Part shown: positions 51,596 through 62,770 of the stretch, in pieces
Layout of the letters: each line of letters starts with the position of its first letter
Numbering within the stretch: position 1 is the first letter of the stretch
Source of the DNA: Nitrosomonas sp.
GTDB lineage: Bacteria > Pseudomonadota > Gammaproteobacteria > Burkholderiales > Nitrosomonadaceae
DNA length: 64,000 nt
Direction: 5' to 3'
Assembly (NCBI RefSeq): GCF_024282095.1
Contig: NZ_JAMWZS010000008.1
Coordinates: forward strand, 6,090-70,089
Notes under the pieces: generated by a model
Told to the model about the DNA's origin: nothing
Seen by the model: the letters and a program-made list of their open reading frames with translations, nothing else
Database searches by the model: none
Position numbers and translations under genes: made by a program

Positions 51596-51736
51596 AACAG
51601 GCGTTGAAAAACTATCTGCGCTGCCGCTACGATGTAAAAACAGGCTCAGAATGCTTATTTATTACGCATAAACTGCGCTTTTTCGCCTATTTTTTGCCTT
51701 GTATCGGCTGCCTCGAAAACATTTTTCAACAGCCTA
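51596..51736. mobile_element. ~140-bp palindromic MITE-like repeat, copy 2
   Basis: AGGCGTTGAAAAA ... TTTTTCAACAGCCT ends; aligns by eye along its length with 4926-5059 (e.g. shared GTTGAAAAACTATCTGCG and TGTAAAAACAGGCTCA). Confidence 0.8.
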
Positions 51737-52019
51737 TGTATTATTCCTGCTGTTTTCATTGTAATTGCGCGGCATTCCACACCCTATGAATAGAAAAATA
51801 CGGGTGCCTTACTGCCTTTATGAAGTTAACAAAAATAAACTTCCAGCCTTACTAGAAGCCATTTAACTTTGATACTCACCAGCACAATAAACTAAACGCA
51901 GAATTTTATGGAATTAACCCTGATCTGCCATCCATCTTGCTTTTTTTGCATGCTTCTCTCTGATAAACTCAACGCTTCGATAATACACAAAAATATATCA
52001 GCTAATTGAGGAGTCCCGG

Positions 52020-52742
52020 ATGTTTGACAAACCCAACCAACTTATTTTTTACATCAATGTAACGCTCATTGTTTTCGGTGTCTTGGTGGCATTGCTAACT
52101 GATCATGTTGTGATTGGGCTAATATTCGCTATCAGTGCATTGATACTGGTTTATGATCAAATCAGGCAAAATAAATTCGCATTTACCATCGCAGATTTAA
52201 GAAAAATACTGACTGTTCATGACACTACCGGAAATAAAGCAACATTGACACAAACACAAATGACAACCGCTTGTCACGTTGATAACTCGGAATATTGGTT
52301 TAGAAATATTCACGCCATTGGAAGCATTAGTAATTTCAGAGTCAATAACGGCGATCCGGCCGAACAAAGAAAAGACAATGGAAGCTACCAAGTCTGTATG
52401 AAGCTTCCGCCCGAATTAAAAGCAATCAATGGTTGTGATCTGACTTTATCGTATGAATACAAGGATGCTTTTACACAAACAGAGGGAACCCTCTCCCACG
52501 TTGTCGATAACGACACGCAACAATTGCATCTGGTCGTTGAATTACCCGAGGGTCGCGCCATTTCATCCGCTAGGTTCTTCTGCAAACATCATGGTAAAGA
52601 AGAAGCACTGCTGCCGCCTGTTGTGACCGGACAGACAAAGATTGAAGCAGATATCAGAGATCCGAAACTGGGTGCAGAGTACTGCTTGCAATGGAATTGG
52701 TCTGAAGCAGGTTTGTTAAAAAAATTAGGGCGTTTTTTCTAA
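52020..52742 (+). CDS. Hypothetical membrane protein (2 N-terminal TM + beta-rich domain)
   Basis: GAGGAG SD; 240 aa; hydrophobic residues about 8-43, then alternating beta-strand patterns ending YCLQWNW. Confidence 0.75.
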   Translation: MFDKPNQLIFYINVTLIVFGVLVALLTDHVVIGLIFAISALILVYDQIRQNKFAFTIADLRKILTVHDTTGNKATLTQTQMTTACHVDNSEYWFRNIHAIGSISNFRVNNGDPAEQRKDNGSYQVCMKLPPELKAINGCDLTLSYEYKDAFTQTEGTLSHVVDNDTQQLHLVVELPEGRAISSARFFCKHHGKEEALLPPVVTGQTKIEADIRDPKLGAEYCLQWNWSEAGLLKKLGRFF

Positions 52743-52876
52743 TTGTAAGTAAGTGTAACCGTCTTCTATCTAATCTTGGTTTAAAAAATACAGATTAATA
52801 AGCCAAGATTAGATGAACATGAGCCTCATAGCACTTTCCAATTCTTTCCGCTGTTAGCAAATAAACTTAAACGCCA

Positions 52877-54415
52877 TTGAATTTACTCAAAGCCCTCGCT
52901 GCTATCAGCAGCATGACCTTCATCTCGCGTATTCTCGGGTTTGTACGCGACATCATGATCGCCCGGATTTTTGGCGCAGGCATGGCGACGGATGCTTTTT
53001 TTGTTGCTTTCCGCATTCCTAATCTGTTGCGGCGATTATTTGCTGAAGGCGCATTTTCACAGGCATTTGTTCCAATACTCGCTGAGTACAAAAATACCCG
53101 CACCCCCGAAGAAACCCGCGGTTTGATTGACCATATCACCATGCTCTTGGGCATCACGCTGTTCATTGTCACTGTCATTGGCATCGTGGCAGCGCCGCTG
53201 ATCATCTATGCCAGCGCACCCGGATTTTCTACCGATCCGGAGAAATTCAATCTGACCGTTGAACTCCTGCAGATTACCTTCCCCTATATTTTATTTATTT
53301 CCCTGGTGGCTTTGGCGGGCGGCATACTCAATACGTATGGCAGGTTTAATGTACCTGCGATCACACCGGCATTCTTGAACCTATCATTTATCGGTTGCGC
53401 ACTGTGGCTCACACCTCTACTGGATCCACCGGTTCTGGCACTGGCTTGGGCGGTTTTTATCGGCGGCGTATTGCAACTCGCTTTCCAAATACCATTTCTG
53501 TTACGCCTCAAGTTATTGCCGCGCATTCGTTTCAACAATCCGGATACCGGCGCTTGGCGTGTAATCAAATTAATGGGCCCGGCAGTTTTCGGCGTATCGG
53601 TGGGTCAAATCAGTTTACTGATCAACACCATTTTCGCTTCACTGCTGGTTACCGGCAGCGTTTCCTGGCTTTATTATGCTGATCGCTTAATGGAATTCCC
53701 AGCAGGTCTGTTGGGTGTCGCATTGGGCACCATCTTGCTGCCATCGCTGGCTCGACATTACAACAGCAACAGTCACAACGAATACTCCCGCTTGCTCGAC
53801 TGGGGTCTGCGCATGACGATACTACTGACATTGCCGGCAGCGCTGGCATTAGCGTTATTGGCGACTCCCTTGATCACAACGCTTTTTCACCACGGCGCAT
53901 TCACTGACCATGATGTATGGATGACGCGCGAAGCACTGATTGCCTACAGTATTGGATTGCTTGGATTGATTCTGGTGAAAGTGCTCGCACCGGGATTCTA
54001 TGCGCGCCAGAATATCAGAACACCGGTAAAAATCGCCGTCATCACATTAGTTGCCACACAACTGATGAATCTCGCCTTCATCATTCCCCTCAAACATGCC
54101 GGATTAGCATTGGCTATCGGTTTAGGCGCTTGTCTTAACGCAGGATTACTGTATTACAAGTTACGCAGTCATGAAATCTATCAACCGCAACCAGGATGGT
54201 TGATGTTCTTTCTGAAAATACTAACTGCGTTGACGATTATGGGAATTGTGCTGTGGTTTGCGACAGGCAGTGATGCTTCCTGGCTCGTTGATTCTACAAT
54301 GACACGCGTCGGCCGGTTAAGCTGGATAATCATTGCGGGTGCATCCAGTTATTTCGCTGCGTTATGGTTGTTAGGATTCCGCGTCAAAGACTTTACCAAG
54401 CAACAGGCTATATAG
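52877..54415 (+). CDS. murJ: Murein biosynthesis integral membrane protein MurJ (lipid II flippase)
   Basis: [50 protein letters not shown]. Confidence 0.96.
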   Translation: MNLLKALAAISSMTFISRILGFVRDIMIARIFGAGMATDAFFVAFRIPNLLRRLFAEGAFSQAFVPILAEYKNTRTPEETRGLIDHITMLLGITLFIVTVIGIVAAPLIIYASAPGFSTDPEKFNLTVELLQITFPYILFISLVALAGGILNTYGRFNVPAITPAFLNLSFIGCALWLTPLLDPPVLALAWAVFIGGVLQLAFQIPFLLRLKLLPRIRFNNPDTGAWRVIKLMGPAVFGVSVGQISLLINTIFASLLVTGSVSWLYYADRLMEFPAGLLGVALGTILLPSLARHYNSNSHNEYSRLLDWGLRMTILLTLPAALALALLATPLITTLFHHGAFTDHDVWMTREALIAYSIGLLGLILVKVLAPGFYARQNIRTPVKIAVITLVATQLMNLAFIIPLKHAGLALAIGLGACLNAGLLYYKLRSHEIYQPQPGWLMFFLKILTALTIMGIVLWFATGSDASWLVDSTMTRVGRLSWIIIAGASSYFAALWLLGFRVKDFTKQQAI

Positions 54416-54443
54416 AACAGCTTATTCCAATTCTACTTAGAAA

Positions 54444-54861
54444 TAGCGAGGTCTTTGAAAAACTTTATTTTTTATAATTCGGATTAAAAATACTGTGCTT
54501 TCTGAGCGGTTGATGCGTTTCTAACCAATCGCAATCAAGCAATTTCTACAAACATTAACTCATAACGGTAAATTTTCGTCTAAATGGCATATGTTTTCTG
54601 CGTGATTAGGATTTTGCATAAACAATCTTGGCAATCTCTCAGGTTGTATGCCATGCTTTGTAATTCCTATTACAGATGCCTACCAGCAAACTTGAATAGC
54701 AATAATCCAGAATAGGCAGGGCGTCCTGTCGCATCTGATACAGCAGCATAGTGTTGGACGATTGTTTGCTCTATCGGGATCCAATTAATCAGTTGATTAA
54801 TCTGATTTAGAAAGTCTCCTTTGCGCGTGCGGCGGGTGGCATCAAAATCTGAAAAACTCAT
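54444..54861 (-). mobile_element. Internally deleted IS5-family element relic (transposase N-terminus joined to C-terminus plus one terminal end)
   Basis: MSFSDFDATRRTRKGDFLNQINQLINW...GRPAYSGLLLFK/LLVGI (N-terminal IS5 motif), then ELQSMAYNL/RLPRLF within 50 nt (C-terminal motif), then an IR-like end TAGCGAGGTCTTTGAAAAACT at 54444-54464. Confidence 0.65.
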
Positions 54862-55083
54862 GACAAAAATACAATCTTCTGAATAAATGACAGGTAGTTA
54901 CGTTGGATGCTTACGTGACAATCAGTTCAATTCAGACATTGGTTAAAAAACGATAGCAACTTCAGCGCTGAGAAAAAGGATTTCTCAAGGATGATATCTA
55001 GCAATAACTTGTTTCGAATATCTTTGCCGATACAATCACGCACAAGGATATTGCTTGAATACCCTTGCCTATCAACATCTTAG

Positions 55084-56529
55084 CTACATTGAATTTTGAA
55101 TCGCGTAGAGACTTAGTCCCATCAGCGCTTGAGGAAATATGCCCAGTGCCAGTACTGCAAAGCCATTCGCACTCAATAAAATCCTTACATCACTATTGGG
55201 CAGAATAGGTTCATCAGTTTCTGGTTCATCGAAGTACATTAGTTTAATGATACGCAAATAATAAAAAGCGCCAATTAATGAGAACAGTACCGCTGCAACC
55301 GCTAACCAAATATAACCCGCATTGACAACAGCCTGTAATACGGCCATTTTTGCATAAAAACCGATCATAGGCGGAATACCTGCCAGTGAGAACATCAGCA
55401 GCAAGGTAATAAATGCATACCAGGAATTTCTTTTACTCAGTCCTTTGAAATCACTGATATTTTCTGCCTCAAATCCATTACGACACAGCAACATGATCAC
55501 TGCAAAAGTGCCTAGCGTCATCAAAACGTAAGCAATGACATAAAACAAAGCAGAACTATAGCCGTTTGAATCCGCGCTGATAAAGCCAAGCAACAGGAAT
55601 CCCATATGGGAAATGGTTGAATAAGCCAACATACGCTTGATATTCGTTTGTGCAATGGCTGCAAGATTGCCTACTGCCATCGACATGACGGCCAGAATGA
55701 CCAGCATACCTTGCCAATCAGCGACCATTTCTCCCATTCCCTCAACCAGCAAACGCATTACAAAACCAAAAGCTGCCAATTTAGGAGCAGAACCAATAAA
55801 TAATGTAACTGCTGTGGGTGCCCCTTGATAAACATCTGGTGCCCACATATGAAAAGGCGCTGCACTCAGCTTGAAGCTGATTCCAGCTACAATAAATACT
55901 AACCCTACAACCAATACTTCTCTACTACTTGCTTCACTTTGAATGATTTGAGCCAGTTGAGAAACATGTAATGTTCCTGTTGCGCCATAAACCATTGACA
56001 TACCGTAAAGCAAGAATCCTGACGCCAGTGCCCCGAGCACAAAAAATTTCATGGCTGCTTCGGTTGCAACAATTGAATCTCGGCGCAATGCTACCAATGC
56101 ATAAAGTGACAATGAAAGTAATTCAAGACCAATATAAAGTGTCAGAAAATGACTGGCAGAAATCATCACCATCATTCCCAATGTTGCAAACAATACTAAG
56201 CTAAAAAACTCACCTCTCAACATGCCCCGGTCACTGATATAAGCGTGAGAATATATCAACACTGCTGATACCGTACCATACACCATCAACTTCAGTATAT
56301 CTGCCATCGCATCATCGACAAACATACCGGAAAATGTTTGACTGGTTTCTGTCGAAAACGATAAAAAAGTCAGTAGTGCGCACCCCAACAATGTAACTTG
56401 CGTTAACAAATAGGCAACATAACGTCTATTCTCGCCTGCTGTGAGATCAGCCAGCATTACCACGCATACCATAATGAGCATAAAAATCTCGGAAGAGGCT
56501 GGCGCAAAATCAGGTGGTATAAAATTCAT
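55084..56529 (-). CDS. nuoN: NADH-quinone oxidoreductase subunit N
   Basis: [48 protein letters not shown]. Confidence 0.96.
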   Translation of the reverse strand: MNFIPPDFAPASSEIFMLIMVCVVMLADLTAGENRRYVAYLLTQVTLLGCALLTFLSFSTETSQTFSGMFVDDAMADILKLMVYGTVSAVLIYSHAYISDRGMLRGEFFSLVLFATLGMMVMISASHFLTLYIGLELLSLSLYALVALRRDSIVATEAAMKFFVLGALASGFLLYGMSMVYGATGTLHVSQLAQIIQSEASSREVLVVGLVFIVAGISFKLSAAPFHMWAPDVYQGAPTAVTLFIGSAPKLAAFGFVMRLLVEGMGEMVADWQGMLVILAVMSMAVGNLAAIAQTNIKRMLAYSTISHMGFLLLGFISADSNGYSSALFYVIAYVLMTLGTFAVIMLLCRNGFEAENISDFKGLSKRNSWYAFITLLLMFSLAGIPPMIGFYAKMAVLQAVVNAGYIWLAVAAVLFSLIGAFYYLRIIKLMYFDEPETDEPILPNSDVRILLSANGFAVLALGIFPQALMGLSLYAIQNSM

Positions 56530-56579
56530 TAATCCTTCATCCTCATGTCGGAAAATACTACTATTCCAGAATCACTTTA

Positions 56580-58064
56580 TTACAACTTACTACTGTTTAC
56601 ATGTATCAGTAAGTGATCTATGGTCGCATGCATTACTTCAGTTAATGGATATGGATAAACACCAATCCATAAAACTGAAATCGCCAAAATTGCCAATAAT
56701 GCAAACTCACGTTTTGATATATCTTCCAGCCCTTCAACGGCTGGACTAGCTACAGCACCAAATATGACCCGCTTATACATCCATAATGTGTAAGCGGCAC
56801 CAAAAATTAACGTGGTTGCGGCTAAGAATGCATACCAGAAGTTAATTTTCATACTGCCCATGATGACCATAAATTCGCCTACAAAGCCGCTCGTACCCGG
56901 CAATCCGGCATTCGCCATTGCAAACAACATAAAGAAAGCAGCAAATACGGGCATCTTATTTACCACCCCACCATAATCCGCAATTTGACGTGAATGTAAT
57001 CTGTCGTATAGCACGCCCACGCACAGGAACATGGCACCGGAAATAAATCCGTGCGAAATCATCTGAACCATCGCCCCTTCAACACCGTAGGCGTTAAACA
57101 GGAAAAAACCCAATGTAACAAATCCCATATGCGCTACCGATGAATAGGCAATCAGCTTTTTCATATCGGCTTGCATGAGTGCAATCAGTCCAATATAAAC
57201 CACTGCTATCAGTGAGAGTGCAATCATCATGCCAGCCAGATAGTTACTAGCATCAGGAACAATGGGCAGTGAAAACCGCAAAAATCCGTATCCGCCCAAT
57301 TTAAGTAAAATAGCTGCTAGAACAACCGAACCGCCCGTTGGCGCTTCTACGTGCGCATCGGGCAACCACGTATGCACTGGCCACATCGGTACTTTCACTG
57401 CAAACGCCAGTAAAAATGCAATAAAAATTAAAATCTGCGGTGTTAGCGGAATTTCTAATTGATGATAATCCTGTATCGAAAAGCTGCCTCCCGATGTTTG
57501 ATACAAATAAATAAAAGCGATCAGCATCAACAAGGAACCAAGCAATGTATAAAGAAAAAACTTGATAGCCGCATAAACACGATTAGGGCCGCCCCATATC
57601 CCAATAATCAGGAACATCGGTATTAATGATGCTTCCCAGAACACGTAAAACAGCATTGCATCCAATGAAGAAAACACACCATTGACAATACCCGACATGA
57701 CTAAAAAAGCCCCCATATACTGGGATACACGTTGTTTAATAACTTCCCAGCCTGCCACAACGACCAAAGGTGTAATGAAACAATTCAGTAATATCAATGG
57801 CATCGATATACCATCTACACCTACATGATAATTGACGTTAAAGCGCTCAAACCAAACGTAATTCTCGACAAACTGCATCGCACTGGTTGCAGAATCAAAA
57901 CCGGTATAAAGAGGAATTGCTATCAACAATCCCAGAATTGATCCTGCGAGAGCTATCCAGCGAGCAATTTGCGCATTATGGTCATCGCCGGTTGCGAATA
58001 CGGCAACACCAAACACAATTGGCAGCCAAATAATTAAACTTAATAGTGGGAATTCAAACGACAT
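56580..58064 (-). CDS. nuoM: NADH-quinone oxidoreductase subunit M
   Basis: FYVFWE, AFAVKVPMWPVHTWLPDAHVEAPT, KKLIAYSSVAHMG. Confidence 0.96.
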   Translation of the reverse strand: MSFEFPLLSLIIWLPIVFGVAVFATGDDHNAQIARWIALAGSILGLLIAIPLYTGFDSATSAMQFVENYVWFERFNVNYHVGVDGISMPLILLNCFITPLVVVAGWEVIKQRVSQYMGAFLVMSGIVNGVFSSLDAMLFYVFWEASLIPMFLIIGIWGGPNRVYAAIKFFLYTLLGSLLMLIAFIYLYQTSGGSFSIQDYHQLEIPLTPQILIFIAFLLAFAVKVPMWPVHTWLPDAHVEAPTGGSVVLAAILLKLGGYGFLRFSLPIVPDASNYLAGMMIALSLIAVVYIGLIALMQADMKKLIAYSSVAHMGFVTLGFFLFNAYGVEGAMVQMISHGFISGAMFLCVGVLYDRLHSRQIADYGGVVNKMPVFAAFFMLFAMANAGLPGTSGFVGEFMVIMGSMKINFWYAFLAATTLIFGAAYTLWMYKRVIFGAVASPAVEGLEDISKREFALLAILAISVLWIGVYPYPLTEVMHATIDHLLIHVNSSKL

Positions 58065-58161
58065 GCTTATTCCGATTTATTTGTTAGTACTTATTATCTT
58101 TAAGTATTTGATTCATCAATATCGATATCAAGCGTTAGGTTTTACAGTTTTTTCATTAAGC

Positions 58162-60111
58162 CTAGTAAAGCCATAACGTCAAGATAACAAATATGCCAAC
58201 AATCATAGTAAATGCATAGTGATAGATATAACCAGTTTGGTAACGTCGTACTAGCGCAGCCGTCAGTGCTACAACACGAGCTGTACCATTAACAAAGAAT
58301 CCATCAATCACTTTTATATCGCCATGCTTCCACAATGCAGTGCCTAAAGCACGTGTGCCACCAGCGAATAACCATGAATAAAACTCATCAATATAATATT
58401 TTCGATCCAGCAAGTTATACAAAAAACCAAAGCGGGATTTTATTTTCCCTGGTATATCCGTCCTTGCACTATACAAATACCAAGCAGTAAAAATTCCTGC
58501 TATTGATAACCAGAATGGTGCTGTAGACAGGGCATGCACCATCATTCCTCCGATACCCGTAAATTCCGCACCCAATTTCTCGATAGCATCATGCTGCGGT
58601 AATACATGAATCACATTGTTAAAATAATCACCAAAAACAATCGGACCAATAAACCACCCAGCAGCGATCGTTGGTATAGCGAGAATCACTAGCGGCATTG
58701 TCACGACCCAAGGCGACTCATGTAAATGCTCTTTAGTATGTGCATCCATTCGAGGCTGCCCGTGGAAGGTCATGAACACCAAGCGGAATGTGTAAAGCGC
58801 TGTAACAAATACAGTCGTCAATACGCAAAAATAAGCAAACCCGACGCCAGGAATATTGGCAAAATGAACAGCTTCAATAATTGCATCTTTAGAAAAAAAC
58901 CCCGAGAAACCAGGTACGCCAGCGCTCGCTAGTGCGGCAATAAACATCGTCCAATAGGTAATTGGCATATAATTTTTAAGTCCACCCATTTTCTGCATGT
59001 TTTGTTCATGATGCATAGCAATAATGACAGAACCTGCTCCTAAAAATAAAACAGCTTTAAAGAAAGCGTGTGTCATCAAATGGAAAATTGCGGCGGAATA
59101 GGCAGACGCACCTAACGCGACAGTCATATACCCTAATTGAGACAACGTGGAATAAGCAACTACGCGTTTGATATCATTTTGAACTACTGCAACAAGTGCC
59201 ATAAACAAAGTTGTAATTCCACCAATTATCAATATGACCGATAATGCCGTGTCTGATAATTCAAATAGCGGCGACATTCGCGCTACCATGAAAATGCCTG
59301 CCGTTACCATAGTAGCCGCATGAATCAATGCGGAAATTGGCGTAGGGCCTTCCATCGAATCAGGTAACCACACATGTAATGGAAATTGCGCTGATTTACC
59401 CATTGCACCAATAAACAACAATATACAAATCAATGTAATTACCAACCAAGGCATGCCAGGTATTAATTCAACCTTTTCATCGACTATTCCGGGTGCTTGT
59501 GCAAATACAGAAACATAATCCAATGTGCCAAAATGCATCAATACCATGGCGATGCCCAGAAGAAAGCCAAAATCACCAACGCGATTAACTAAGAATGCCT
59601 TCATATTGGCATAGATAGCAGTTGGGCGGGTATACCAGAATCCGATCAACAAATAAGATACAAGACCGACGGCCTCCCAGCCGAAAAATAGTTGTAGAAA
59701 ATTATTCGACATTACCAACATCATCATTGAGAAGGTAAATAGCGAAATATAGCTGAAGAAACGCTGATAGCCGGGATCTCCATGCATATAGCCAATGGTA
59801 TAAATATGTACCATCAGCGAGACTAAACTGACAACAACCATCATCGTTGCTGACAATTGATCGATTAAAAAACCGATCTCGAATCGAGTATCACCTGTCA
59901 CCAACCATGTATATACACTGCCGTTATAGTTGTTACCTTCCAGCACATCCAGAAAAATAACAATGGATGCTAACAAGGAAACAAATACAAGTGATATCGT
60001 CGTGCGATGACTCCACAAAGGCCCAATAAAACGTCCAAATAAACCAGCTATGAGTGCGCCCACTAGCGGTGCAAGTGGCACCAATAAATAAAGTTTTTGC
60101 ATCTCAGTCAA
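58162..60111 (-). CDS. nuoL: NADH-quinone oxidoreductase subunit L
   Basis: GKSAQFPLHVWLPDSMEGPTPISALIHAATMV, DIKRVVAYSTLSQLG. Confidence 0.97.
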   Translation of the reverse strand: MTEMQKLYLLVPLAPLVGALIAGLFGRFIGPLWSHRTTISLVFVSLLASIVIFLDVLEGNNYNGSVYTWLVTGDTRFEIGFLIDQLSATMMVVVSLVSLMVHIYTIGYMHGDPGYQRFFSYISLFTFSMMMLVMSNNFLQLFFGWEAVGLVSYLLIGFWYTRPTAIYANMKAFLVNRVGDFGFLLGIAMVLMHFGTLDYVSVFAQAPGIVDEKVELIPGMPWLVITLICILLFIGAMGKSAQFPLHVWLPDSMEGPTPISALIHAATMVTAGIFMVARMSPLFELSDTALSVILIIGGITTLFMALVAVVQNDIKRVVAYSTLSQLGYMTVALGASAYSAAIFHLMTHAFFKAVLFLGAGSVIIAMHHEQNMQKMGGLKNYMPITYWTMFIAALASAGVPGFSGFFSKDAIIEAVHFANIPGVGFAYFCVLTTVFVTALYTFRLVFMTFHGQPRMDAHTKEHLHESPWVVTMPLVILAIPTIAAGWFIGPIVFGDYFNNVIHVLPQHDAIEKLGAEFTGIGGMMVHALSTAPFWLSIAGIFTAWYLYSARTDIPGKIKSRFGFLYNLLDRKYYIDEFYSWLFAGGTRALGTALWKHGDIKVIDGFFVNGTARVVALTAALVRRYQTGYIYHYAFTMIVGIFVILTLWLY

Positions 60112-60159
60112 TAATTCTTATATTAGTTATATGTATTTAAGCTTTGCTGCTTTTTTGTA

Positions 60160-60465
60160 TTAACCTTTGAGTTTATCCAGATCATCAACATTAATTGTTT
60201 GCTGATTACGGAATAACACAACAAGTATTGCTAAACCTATGGCTGATTCCGCCGCGGCAACCGTCAAAATAAAAAATACAAAAATCTGTCCTGATATATC
60301 CTGTAAATAGTGTGAAAATGCCACAAAATTCATGTTTACAGCCAATAGCATCAATTCAATAGACATCAATATAATAATGACATTTTTTCTATTGAGAAAA
60401 ATACCGACGATACCGATAGCAAATAGAATTGCACCAAGTACCAGATAATGGGATAGCGATACCAA
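60160..60465 (-). CDS. nuoK: NADH-quinone oxidoreductase subunit K
   Basis: [25 protein letters not shown]. Confidence 0.96.
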   Translation of the reverse strand: MVSLSHYLVLGAILFAIGIVGIFLNRKNVIIILMSIELMLLAVNMNFVAFSHYLQDISGQIFVFFILTVAAAESAIGLAILVVLFRNQQTINVDDLDKLKG

Positions 60466-60522
60466 ACTAATTACCTCTTCTTGTATTTTTATACATTGCC
60501 AAACAACTCTTGAATGACTTAC

Positions 60523-61128
60523 TTATTCTTTTTTCTCTGATGGCATAGCTACTATACGTAGTCGATCTTCTTTTTTTACTTGAACCTGCTTGGACGAATT
60601 AGTTGATCGTTTATCCTCACGATGACGTAGAGTCAGTGCGATTGCTGCGACCATTGCAACCAGCAAAAGTACCGCTGCTAACTCAAAGGCATAAACATAC
60701 TCGGTATAAATCAGACGACCCAATGCTCTAGTATTACTATAATCAGCATCTTGTGCACTAGGCGCTGGCATTTCTTCAAGCCCAAAATATTTACCCATTA
60801 ACACCATCGTCATTTCACCAACCATTATCAGTGCAACTAATGCACCAAAAGGAAACCATTTCCAAAAGCCTTCGCGCAATTGATCTAAATTAATATCCAG
60901 CATCATTACCACAAACAGAAACAATACCATCACAGCGCCGACATATACCAACACTAAAGTGATCGCAAGAAATTCTGCTTCTAACAACAACCACAAGCCA
61001 GCACACGTAACAAATGCCAGCACCAATAATAACGCTGAATAAACTGGATTACGAACTGTAATCACACCAAGCGCTGATGTAACCAAAATAGCCGAAAAAA
61101 TATAAAATATGATGTCCTGAAAATTCAT
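60523..61128 (-). CDS. nuoJ: NADH-quinone oxidoreductase subunit J
   Basis: NPVYSALLL, AEFLA..LVLVYVGAVMVLFLFVVMML. Confidence 0.95.
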   Translation of the reverse strand: MNFQDIIFYIFSAILVTSALGVITVRNPVYSALLLVLAFVTCAGLWLLLEAEFLAITLVLVYVGAVMVLFLFVVMMLDINLDQLREGFWKWFPFGALVALIMVGEMTMVLMGKYFGLEEMPAPSAQDADYSNTRALGRLIYTEYVYAFELAAVLLLVAMVAAIALTLRHREDKRSTNSSKQVQVKKEDRLRIVAMPSEKKE

Positions 61129-61147
61129 GTGTGTTTACCAGCAAGGT

Positions 61148-61636
61148 TCAGCGATAACGCGCATCAGCTTCTCTGTCCTTGGCAATCTGTTCTTCGTAAC
61201 GATCTCCAACAGCCAATAACATTTCTTTGGTGTAAATTAAATCGCCCCTTTTCTCACCGTGATATTCCAGTATGCGTGTCTCAACAATTGAGTCAACCGG
61301 ACAGGATTCCTCACAGAAACCACAAAAAATACACTTACTCAAATCGATATCATAGCGTGTAGTACGCCGCGTACCATCGGCGCGTTGCTCAGATTCTATG
61401 GTAATAGCCAACGCGGGACAAACTGCTTCACACAGTTTGCAAGCAATACAACGCTCCTCTCCGTTTGGATAGCGACGTAATGCATGTAAACCACGGAAAC
61501 GTGGCGATTGCGGCGTCTTTTCTTCTGGATAGTGTACAGTTATTTTCGGTTTAAACAGATATTTTCCAGTTACCGCCATACCTTTTAGCAATTCGAATAA
61601 CAAAAAGGTACTAAAAAATTTTTTTATACGATCCAT
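61148..61636 (-). CDS. nuoI: NADH-quinone oxidoreductase subunit I
   Basis: Two CxxCxxCxxxCP motifs ([24 protein letters not shown]); ATG 61636 gives 162 aa. Confidence 0.96.
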   Translation of the reverse strand: MDRIKKFFSTFLLFELLKGMAVTGKYLFKPKITVHYPEEKTPQSPRFRGLHALRRYPNGEERCIACKLCEAVCPALAITIESEQRADGTRRTTRYDIDLSKCIFCGFCEESCPVDSIVETRILEYHGEKRGDLIYTKEMLLAVGDRYEEQIAKDREADARYR

Positions 61637-61650
61637 TGTATTTTTCAATC

Positions 61651-62748
61651 CTAAAACCAGATATTTAACGGAGGTAACTTTCTTACTGATTCAGGTAATT
61701 GCATTATTAATCCTAATAAAACAATCCATATGAGTGTAATTGGGATAAACACTTTCCACCCCAATCTCATGATCTGATCATAACGGTATCGCGGAAAAGT
61801 TGCACGAAACCAAAGAAAAAAGAACAGGATAAATGCAATTTTTAACAGCAACCAGATAAAACCTGGTATCAGTGTAAATGGTGCAATATCGACGGGTGGT
61901 AACCATCCTCCCAGAAACATTATCGATGTTAAAGCTGCTACCAAAATCATATTGGAGTATTCAGCCAGAAAAAACACTGTAAAGGCCATGCCTGAATAAT
62001 CAACATGAAAACCTGCCACAATTTCTGACTCGCCTTCAGCCACATCAAAAGGTGCGCGATTTGTTTCAGCAACACCAGAAATCAGATAAACCAGAAACAT
62101 GGGAAACAGTGGAATCAAATACCAATTCAACAAACTGTCGCCTTGCTGACCGTTTACTATATCACCGAGATTTAAACTTTGCGACATCATCAATACACAT
62201 ACTAAAGCAAATCCCATTGCCAGTTCATAAGAAACTACCTGGGCTGCAGAGCGCATGGCTCCCAAGAATGCATACTTGGAATTCGATGCCCACCCAGCAA
62301 TGATAATGCCGTATATACCCATTGATGTCATCGCCAGAATATACAGTAAACCAGCATTGATATTAGCCAAAACGAGTTCGGGTGAAAACGGTATTACAGC
62401 CCATGCTGCCAATGCCGGCATAATTGTCAGTATTGGTGCCAAGATAAATAGAAATTTATTTGCACCAGTCGGAATGACAATTTCTTTCATAATTGCCTTA
62501 ACCGCATCCGCAATCGGTTGTCCCCATCCCCGTAGCCATGGAATCCCAAAAAAGGTTACTCTATTGGGTCCAACACGAATCTGCATATAGGCGATTATTT
62601 TACGCTCGGCAAAGGTCAGATAGGCAACTCCCAATAACAATGGAATGACAATAGCAAAGATAAATGTCATGTTCGTCGCTAATGAAAACAGCATGGCTCC
62701 CCACTCCGCTCCAAACATCTGTATAAACTGTTGTTGAATATACTCCAT
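61651..62748 (-). CDS. nuoH: NADH-quinone oxidoreductase subunit H
   Basis: [37 protein letters not shown]; GGAG SD before ATG 62748. Confidence 0.96.
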   Translation of the reverse strand: MEYIQQQFIQMFGAEWGAMLFSLATNMTFIFAIVIPLLLGVAYLTFAERKIIAYMQIRVGPNRVTFFGIPWLRGWGQPIADAVKAIMKEIVIPTGANKFLFILAPILTIMPALAAWAVIPFSPELVLANINAGLLYILAMTSMGIYGIIIAGWASNSKYAFLGAMRSAAQVVSYELAMGFALVCVLMMSQSLNLGDIVNGQQGDSLLNWYLIPLFPMFLVYLISGVAETNRAPFDVAEGESEIVAGFHVDYSGMAFTVFFLAEYSNMILVAALTSIMFLGGWLPPVDIAPFTLIPGFIWLLLKIAFILFFFLWFRATFPRYRYDQIMRLGWKVFIPITLIWIVLLGLIMQLPESVRKLPPLNIWF

Positions 62749-62770
62749 TAATACACTCCAACCTTTACCA

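Noticed and set aside
4921-51736. Repeated sequence considered as a possible CRISPR or ncRNA gene
   Set aside because: Only two dispersed ~140-bp copies 46 kb apart, no spacer array, no cas genes; better explained as a MITE.
51604-51789. 61-aa ORF MKNYLRCRYDVKTG...
   Set aside because: It is a reading of the MITE repeat itself, not an independent gene.
52743-52876. Absence of the divergent rpsT often found beside murJ
   Set aside because: Cannot tell from this window whether the arrangement is unusual for this lineage.
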